From Copranaerobaculum intestinale (GTDB lineage Bacteria; Bacillota_I; Bacilli_A; Erysipelotrichales; Erysipelotrichaceae): a stretch of 32,000 nucleotides of DNA. Shown in pieces: positions 26,403-32,000 of the stretch. The notes under the pieces are model-generated. The model ran no database searches, was not told where the DNA came from, and saw nothing but the letters and a program-made list of their open reading frames with translations. Position 1 is the first letter of the stretch; each line of letters opens with the position of its first letter. Where the stretch lies: positions 150,001-182,000 of the forward strand of contig NZ_WUUQ01000003.1 in assembly GCF_009831105.1 (NCBI RefSeq), in the 5' to 3' direction. A program made the translations under genes and the position numbers.

Positions 26403-26479
26403 GTCCACGTAGCTCAGCTGGATAGAGCATACGCCTTCTAAGCGTACGGTCGCGGGTTCGACTCCCTCCGTGGACGCCA
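26403..26479 (+). tRNA. tRNA-Arg (anticodon TCT)
   Basis: Hand-folded cloverleaf. Acceptor GTCCACG / CGTGGAC. D arm GCTC..GAGC. Anticodon stem TACGC / GCGTA with loop CTTCTAA. T loop TTCGACT. Encoded CCA. One C:T mismatch in the T stem. Confidence 0.9.
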
Positions 26480-26488
26480 TTAACAATT

Positions 26489-26515
26489 AAGTCCTTTAAA
26501 TAAAGGACTTTTTTA
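26489..26515 (+). terminator. rho-independent terminator
   Basis: Stem AAGTCCTT / AAGGACTT followed by TTTTT. Confidence 0.8.
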
Positions 26516-26899
26516 TGTCTTTTGTATATTAGCATACTTTGGGTATACATTTAAATCAAAGATATGATAAGTAAAGCATAAAAATAAATACATGATTTTA
26601 TATGATCTATCTAAAAAATGCTCGATAACATATGTAAGCTGAATCATTCTATTTGTAAAATGAGAGCGCATGTTTTATTGTTTGATAAATATATATGGTA
26701 CTTCAAATTGCCGAGATGAATAAAGAATGGTAGTATAAATGCAGAAGTTTATGATCAGTCACATAGAGATAAAAGAATTAACAGAAAACAGCTCTATGAG
26801 ATATCGTATTACGATTGTTTAAAGCGGTGATAACTGTATTGAAAAGAGCATATAAAGGCTGAAGGATTCAAAAAATAAAAGAAAAGGAGTAAACAGAGT

Positions 26900-27325
26900 A
26901 TGAATATACGGGTAAAGACACAAGATAATAAGGCAGATTGGGAAATGATCCGAATTAAAGTATTTATGGAGGAGCAAGGCTTTCAAACCGAATTTGATGA
27001 TATTGATGAAATAGCGACACATTTGACAATTTATGAAGATAACAAGCCGGTGGCTTGTGCCCGTCTGTATCCTGATCCAGAGCATAAGGGATGGTGTGAA
27101 TTTGGCCGTATTGCCGTGCTGAAGGAAGCAAGAGGGCGCGGATATGGAAAGATGCTTGTTAGGGAATTAGAAAAGCAGGCAGTATTATAGAAGTATCCGG
27201 CAGCTTTTCTAAGCGCTCAATGCCATGCCTCAGGTATGTATGCGGAGCTTGGCTATGAGGAATGCGGCGATATTGTATATGATGAGCATGTGCCGCACAT
27301 CGGCATGTCGAAAAAGCTCGGCTGA
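26900..27325 (+). pseudogene. GNAT family N-acetyltransferase interrupted by one in-frame TAG (27188-27190)
   Basis: The 96-aa ORF ends ...RGRGYGKMLVRELEKQAVL*. The same frame continues KYPAAFLSAQCHASGMYAELGYEECGDIVYDEHVPHIGMSKKLG*, which completes the GNAT fold motifs A and B. Confidence 0.8.
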
Positions 27326-27363
27326 AAGTTTCTGTAAATCCTTGAAAATATTGCAAAAAAGAC

Positions 27364-27392
27364 TTGCTATCACTGTGAATGTTTGCTATTAT
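27364..27392 (+). promoter_or_regulatory. promoter of tRNA-Arg(ACG)
   Basis: TTGCTA, 17-nt spacer, TATTAT. Confidence 0.5.
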
Positions 27393-27418
27393 ATAGGAGC
27401 ACTAGATGTGCTTCATAT

Positions 27419-27495
27419 GCGCCCATAGCTCAACTGGATAGAGCGTTTGACTACGGATCAAAAGGTTGCGGGTTCGATTCCTACTGGGCGCGCCA
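27419..27495 (+). tRNA. tRNA-Arg (anticodon ACG)
   Basis: Acceptor GCGCCCA / TGGGCGC. Anticodon stem TTTGA / TCAAA with loop CTACGGA. T loop TTCGATT. Encoded CCA. Close to the Bacillus tRNA-Arg(ACG) sequence as I recall it. Confidence 0.9.
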
Positions 27496-27550
27496 TATAA
27501 GAAATGATCGGATATCATCTTGATGTTCGATTTTTTTGTTGTGGTCAGAT

Positions 27551-27577
27551 AAAAAAACCGCCGGATTTTCCAGCGGC
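27551..27577 (-). terminator. terminator of the cotJ operon
   Basis: On the minus strand: CCGCTGG aaaa TCCGGCGG followed by T7. Confidence 0.6.
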
Positions 27578-27606
27578 TGATAATTATTGATAGTGCATAT
27601 TTGATG

Positions 27607-28200
27607 TTAATCGAAGGCTGGATTGTACCGATAATAATTATTGGGATTGAGATGTGTCTGTACATATGCCAGCGCTTCACCAAATCGCTGAAAATGAACA
27701 ATTTCCCGTTCTCTTAAAAATACCAGCGGTTCAATCACATTTGGATCTTTTGCGGCTCGAATCAAATTGTCGTATGTGGTTCTTGCTTTTTGTTCAGCAG
27801 CCATATCCTCCATTAAATCGGTAATGGGATCACCTTTTGATTGGAAGTAAGCTGACGTAAAAGCAGCACCGCTGGCCGCCTGAGGCCAGATGCCAGTGGT
27901 ATGGTCGACATAATAGGCAGAGAATCCCTCTTTCTCGATTTCCTCCATGCTGAGGTTTCTTGTAAGCTGATATACGATTGCTGATACCATTTCTAAATGG
28001 GCCAGTTCTTCAGTGCCGATATCTGTCAGCATGGCTTTGATTTGATCATAGGGCATTGCGTAACGCTGATTGAGGTAACGCATGGAAGCGCTTAATTCTC
28101 CATCAGGACCTCCGATCTGGGTAATCACTATTTTCGCGAAAGCAGGATCAGGAGTTTGAATATTTACTGGAAACTGCAGCTTTTTCTCATAGGTCCACAT
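27607..28200 (-). CDS. cotJC: manganese catalase family spore coat protein CotJC
   Basis: The canonical N-terminus MWTYEKKLQFPV starts at 28200, with SD GGAAGGAG upstream. Di-metal motif EELAHLEMV. The track ORF extends 11 codons further upstream, overlapping cotJB. Confidence 0.9.
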   Translation of the reverse strand: MWTYEKKLQFPVNIQTPDPAFAKIVITQIGGPDGELSASMRYLNQRYAMPYDQIKAMLTDIGTEELAHLEMVSAIVYQLTRNLSMEEIEKEGFSAYYVDHTTGIWPQAASGAAFTSAYFQSKGDPITDLMEDMAAEQKARTTYDNLIRAAKDPNVIEPLVFLREREIVHFQRFGEALAYVQTHLNPNNYYRYNPAFD

Positions 28201-28201
28201 C

Positions 28202-28441
28202 TTAATCTTCTCCTTCCCATGGCCATTTGCCATGTATATAATCCCATTCGCTTCCTGAATTTGTTTTATTAGTCAATGGCCCGTACTGGTTTTCATACTG
28301 TCGGGTTAACTCCTGACTGCACGCCTGCATTTCGTTATAATAAGCGAGTGCCTGTTGATCATTGGGATGTGAATTTAAAAACAGTGCGGCTTCCTGCAAA
28401 GCGAAGTCGTATGACTGTAATTGATGCAGCATCTTATTCAT
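28202..28441 (-). CDS. cotJB: spore coat protein CotJB
   Basis: Motifs FALQEAALFLNSHPNDQQAL, YGPL and WPWE are typical of CotJB. The stop lies 1 nt from the cotJC start. Confidence 0.85.
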   Translation of the reverse strand: MNKMLHQLQSYDFALQEAALFLNSHPNDQQALAYYNEMQACSQELTRQYENQYGPLTNKTNSGSEWDYIHGKWPWEGED

Positions 28442-28457
28442 GCTATCATTCCTCCTT

Positions 28458-28625
28458 TTATGGTTGAAACGGCTTATCTAAATCATAAAAAATAGTTCCC
28501 TGGCAGAAGCCGAGTTCCAGTGGCATTGGGGTGCTCCAGTGCTGCAATGGAACATAGGCCATACCAGGAACCTGCTGCATATACACGGTTTCATCACATG
28601 GTTCATACAGTTCTTCATTGTTCAT
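28458..28625 (-). CDS. cotJA: spore coat-associated protein CotJA (55 aa, below the ORF track cut-off)
   Basis: Hand translation gives MNNEELYEPCDETVYMQQVPGMAYVPLQHWSTPMPLELGFCQGTIFYDLDKPFQP*. It carries the CotJA hallmarks YVP.Q.W and GT.F..LDKPF. SD GGAGG. Confidence 0.8.
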   Translation of the reverse strand: MNNEELYEPCDETVYMQQVPGMAYVPLQHWSTPMPLELGFCQGTIFYDLDKPFQP

Positions 28626-29041
28626 TTTCCATACCTCCTTCCTTTTTATCGTATTCCGGTTTGTACATGCCCATATAGATCAAATGATTGATATATATTG
28701 AAAAAAGTAATTTTCTAAACCGATCGGAAGGAATTGCTGGACATGAATCATGCATGTTGAATGCTGTGAATACTCAGGTTGAAATGATTATATAAAGTTT
28801 TCAGCATAAGCGGATTAGAAATTAAAGCTCTCATGTTATCAAACTGATTCACATAAGATTTTTTTGTTTCTTGTGAATATTTTCCATAAGTATTTTTTAA
28901 TACTCATTCATTTTCATCGTTTTCAGCATATTCTATATAATATAAGAAGAATACCTGGTTAATCTTTGTATAATTTCTAGTAAAATGATAGAAACTAGTG
29001 TATAATTTAAGTACTTTTGATTGAAACTGGAGGAATTTGAT

Positions 29042-30691
29042 ATGAACATGATTGAAAACAATTTAAAAGTGAGTATCAAGGCCGCCCTTAAGGAGGCCTA
29101 CGGTCTGGAGGTGGAAGATAACTTTATCGTTATTGAGATTCCAAAGGATCAGGCACTGGGAGATTATTCGACCAATGTCGCAATGCGTCTGGCAAAACAG
29201 CTGCATAACAACCCGCAGGTAATCGCACAGGAAATCATCACTAAGCTGATGGAAAGTGACAATGATCTGGACGGAGCAGAAGTAGCCGGTCATGGTTTTA
29301 TCAACTTCAGGATCAAAAAATCAAAAATCGCAAGTGTAATTAACGATGTTTTAAAAGCAGGGGATGAATACGGTCATAATGACAGTGGTAAGAAGCTGCC
29401 GATCTTGGTTGAGTATGTGTCAGCTAATCCGACTGGTGATCTTCACCTTGGACATGCGCGCGGTGCAGCATGGGGAGACGCTATTACACGTTTGCTGAAT
29501 GCTTCCGGATATAACTGTCTGCGTGAGTTCTATGTGAATGATGCCGGGGTTCAAATTACAAAGCTCGGTGAATCTCTGTTGGCTCGTTATTTACAGCTGT
29601 TTGGTATTGAAGCGAAACTGCCGGAGGATGGTTACCACGGTCAGGATGTTGCCGATATCGCCCAAATTGTAAAAGCAGAGCAGGGTGATAAATGGGTAAA
29701 GGTTGATGATGAAGACGCACGTCTGCAGTGGTTCCGTAAAGAAGGCATCCGTCTGGAACTTGAAAAAATGAAAAAAGATCTGGATTACTTCCGTGTTCAC
29801 TTCGATTCTTGGATCAGTGAACAAGGTTTGTATGATTCCGGGGAAGTAGAAAAAGCCATTCAGAAAGTAATCGATATGAATTTGACTTATGAGGAAGATG
29901 GCGCATTATGGTTCAAGACGACTGAGTTTGGTGACGATAAAGATCGAGTGCTGCGTAAGAATGACGGCAATTACACATATCTGACCCCGGATATTGCCAA
30001 TCATATCGATAAGATCAAGCGCGGGTATACTAAACTGGTCAACCTTTGGGGCGCTGATCACCATGGTTATATCGCACGTATGAAAGCGGCTTTGACAGCC
30101 CTGGGCTATCCTAAGGATACCCTTGAGGTTGACATTATCCAGATGGTTCGTCTGGTTGAGGATGGCAAGGAAGTAAAAATGTCGAAGCGTACTGGCAATG
30201 CGATTACAATTCGTGAGCTGTGCGATGATATCGGTGTTGATGCGGCTCGTTATTTCTTCGTAGCCAGAGCGGTTGATACGCACTTGGATTTTGATTTAGG
30301 CCTTGCTAAAAAGAAATCAAATGACAATCCGGTCTATTATGCTCAGTACGCACATGCAAGAATGTGTTCCATCATTCGTCAAGCTCCAGAGCTGAAGCAT
30401 CTGGATGTCTACGATATGCTGACACACGAGAAGGAAGTTGCCCTGTTGAAGCAGATCAACGAATTTCCGGATATGGTTGCTGATGCGGCGTTGACGCGTA
30501 TGCCGAACAAGGTGTGCAATTATGTACAAAAATTGGCACAGCAGTTCCACAGCTTCTATAATGCCTGCAAAGTACTGGATCCTCAACAGCCGGAGTTATC
30601 TAATCAGCGGCTGGCTCTGTTGGAAGCAACAAAAATCACATTAAAGAACGCATTGGACCTGGTCGGTATTTCCGCACCGGAGAAAATGTAG
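29042..30691 (+). CDS. argS: arginine--tRNA ligase
   Basis: HIGH-type motif ANPTGDLHLGHARG. KMSK-type motif VKMSKRTGN. SD GGAGG lies before the ATG at 29042. Confidence 0.95.
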   Translation: MNMIENNLKVSIKAALKEAYGLEVEDNFIVIEIPKDQALGDYSTNVAMRLAKQLHNNPQVIAQEIITKLMESDNDLDGAEVAGHGFINFRIKKSKIASVINDVLKAGDEYGHNDSGKKLPILVEYVSANPTGDLHLGHARGAAWGDAITRLLNASGYNCLREFYVNDAGVQITKLGESLLARYLQLFGIEAKLPEDGYHGQDVADIAQIVKAEQGDKWVKVDDEDARLQWFRKEGIRLELEKMKKDLDYFRVHFDSWISEQGLYDSGEVEKAIQKVIDMNLTYEEDGALWFKTTEFGDDKDRVLRKNDGNYTYLTPDIANHIDKIKRGYTKLVNLWGADHHGYIARMKAALTALGYPKDTLEVDIIQMVRLVEDGKEVKMSKRTGNAITIRELCDDIGVDAARYFFVARAVDTHLDFDLGLAKKKSNDNPVYYAQYAHARMCSIIRQAPELKHLDVYDMLTHEKEVALLKQINEFPDMVADAALTRMPNKVCNYVQKLAQQFHSFYNACKVLDPQQPELSNQRLALLEATKITLKNALDLVGISAPEKM

Positions 30692-30697
30692 TTTGAT

Positions 30698-30735
30698 AAG
30701 GAGATATCTTAAAGGGGAGATATCTCCTTTTATTA
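30698..30735 (+). terminator. rho-independent terminator
   Basis: 12-bp stem AAGGAGATATCT / AGATATCTCCTT followed by a T-rich tail. Confidence 0.85.
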
Positions 30736-31240
30736 TCGATTCGCAGATGTTTTGTCGAACGGGGACAGATAAAGGGTGATCGTTTGTGTAATACTTATCA
30801 TTCTACAAATTCTGACAATTTTCATAATCATTTTCATGAAAATAAATGATTTATCATGCAAACTTTGTGAAAATTTATCGTGATGTTAGGGCTTACAACA
30901 TCATTTATTGTGATAATTGCCAATAGTTTCACATATTTTGCTTTTTTTCGAGATTTTATTCACAAATGCCCGATTTTGGGAGAATATACAATTTCACATC
31001 CCTTAATTGTCCTACATCGCCCCTTTTATGAGTGTAAGATATACACGTAAAGAGGTTCGTCTTTTTACAATGCTCCATGGAAGCACTTGAATTATTTTTA
31101 ATTTTTTTGTCAGAAGCTGGAAGCGCTTACCCCTTCAGGTAGCGACTTGCAGCACTGAACGCAGTATCTGCTGTTTGTTTGAATGCCCTGATTGGGGCGC
31201 AAATCTATTTTTATTAATAGAGGAAGGAGAATTTTAAATT

Positions 31241-32000
31241 ATGACAGCTATTCATGTAACAAGCGAGATCAAACCGCTTAAAAAAGTATTATTGCACAGG
31301 CCAGGCAACGAGTTATTGAATTTAACTCCTGATACCCTGGAAAGACTTCTGTTTGATGACATTCCGTTCCTGCCGGTTGCACAGGCCGAGCATGACGAAT
31401 TTGCTGGTATTCTGAGAGACAACGGTGTTGAAGTTGTTTATTTGGAAGACTTGGCAGCTGAGACTTTGGACCAGGATCCTGCTATCAGAGAAAAATTCCT
31501 GAAACAATTCATTAACGAAGCAGGTATTGGCACAGAAAAATATAAAGAGCTGACATACCAGTTCTTAGATAAAATCAAAGATAATAAAGAATTGATCCTG
31601 AAAACTATGGAAGGTATCAACGTAAACGAACTTCCTTTAGAAGCTCGTAACATCGAGAACTCACTGGTTGACTTAGTAAGCGAAGAAAGCAACTTCATCG
31701 CTGATCCAATGCCAAACCTGTATTTCACTCGTGACCCATTCGGAAGCATCGGTGATGGCGTGAGCTTGAACCGTATGTATTCAGTAACTCGTAACCGTGA
31801 GACTATCTATGCTGAATATATCTTTAACTTCCACCCTGACTTCAAAGGACAGGTTGAAAAATACTATGATCGTTACAATCCGTTCCACATTGAAGGCGGA
31901 GATATCCTGAACCTGAACGAGCATGTTCTGGCTATCGGTATTTCTCAGAGAACTTGTGCTGACGCAATCGAAATGATCGCTAAGAACATCTTCAACCACC
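31241..32000 (+). CDS. arcA: arginine deiminase, 3'-partial (runs off the window)
   Basis: Hand translation gives MTAIHVTSEIKPLKKVLLHRPGNELLNLTP...NLYFTRDPF...HIEGGDIL, which are canonical ArcA motifs. SD GGAAGGAG. It is absent from the ORF track because no stop codon falls in the window. Confidence 0.95.
   Translation, partial: MTAIHVTSEIKPLKKVLLHRPGNELLNLTPDTLERLLFDDIPFLPVAQAEHDEFAGILRDNGVEVVYLEDLAAETLDQDPAIREKFLKQFINEAGIGTEKYKELTYQFLDKIKDNKELILKTMEGINVNELPLEARNIENSLVDLVSEESNFIADPMPNLYFTRDPFGSIGDGVSLNRMYSVTRNRETIYAEYIFNFHPDFKGQVEKYYDRYNPFHIEGGDILNLNEHVLAIGISQRTCADAIEMIAKNIFNH

Noticed and set aside
26403-26479. The possibility that the neighbouring tRNA is an amber suppressor that reads the in-frame TAG of the GNAT gene. 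The anticodon loop CTTCTAA contains the string CTA.
   Set aside because: In the 7-nt loop, positions 34-36 are TCT (Arg). CTA is offset by one position. TAG also terminates other well-supported genes in the window.
26269-27701. Minus-strand ORFs 26269-26550 and 27402-27701.
   Set aside because: They overlap the two tRNA-Arg genes and their terminators. They are artefacts of stop-free stretches.
28626-29041. A T-box leader upstream of argS.
   Set aside because: There is no T-box consensus (no AGGGTGGTACCGCG-like sequence), no specifier-loop architecture and no terminator before the start codon. The region is simply AT-rich promoter DNA, with a TGTATAAT extended -10 near 29003.
18840-29041. 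Long N-terminal extensions suggested by the ORF track for the 5'-nucleotidase (18840), zinc-ribbon protein (20500), M18 aminopeptidase (20917), S58 peptidase (25327), CotJC (28233) and ArgS (29021).
   Set aside because: In each case an internal ATG is preceded by a good SD at proper spacing and yields the canonical family N-terminus or signal peptide. The extensions overlap upstream genes or terminators.
1-32000. A search for CRISPR arrays, IS or transposase genes, integrases, rRNA, and toxin-antitoxin or known defence gene pairs.
   Set aside because: I saw no regularly spaced direct repeats. No ORF carries DDE, tyrosine-recombinase or serine-recombinase motifs. There is no rRNA-like sequence. 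The lone XRE gene has no small partner ORF with an SD.

Overview
This 32-kb chromosomal window comes from a moderate-GC Bacillota genome. It is probably a spore-former of the Clostridia or Erysipelotrichia, because a complete cotJA-cotJB-cotJC operon is present. That taxonomic placement is inference only.

Most of the window is ordinary core metabolism and housekeeping:
- a GntR/HutC regulator, deoC and a DAACS amino-acid/dicarboxylate symporter
- htpG, a HAD hydrolase and the RumA/RlmD rRNA methyltransferase
- a DUF885 lipoprotein, a DUF3783-like protein, a membrane-anchored 5'-nucleotidase, a zinc-ribbon protein and an M18 aminopeptidase
- an ECF S-component divergent from a MocR/PdxR-like regulator
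- a ZIP metal transporter and an S58/DmpA peptidase
- two tRNA-Arg genes, cotJABC, argS and the 5' part of arcA

Two segments look accessory:
1. nt 1-1240 is a very AT-rich island edge. It encodes a membrane protein translationally coupled to a secreted peptide that resembles lactococcin 972. It abuts what looks like the orphaned 3' end of a normal-GC gene.
2. nt 8650-16200 contains AT-rich spacers, a lone XRE regulator, a convergent LytTR response regulator and 7TM-receptor histidine kinase pair, a large beta-helix surface protein and a DUF3788 protein.

The most interesting non-coding signals are:
- a textbook four-segment terminator/antiterminator leader of unknown effector, with an embedded 12-codon uORF, in front of the DAACS transporter
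- a CIRCE (HrcA) operator on the htpG promoter
- paired perfect palindromes on twin extended -10 promoters of the GntR and deoC genes
- a direct plus inverted repeat operator candidate in the MocR / ECF-S divergent region
- a GNAT gene interrupted by a single in-frame TAG between the two tRNA-Arg genes

I saw no CRISPR array, rRNA, transposase or integrase. I did not recognise a clear-cut novel multi-gene system. All family assignments come from motif recognition by eye and need HMM or BLAST confirmation.
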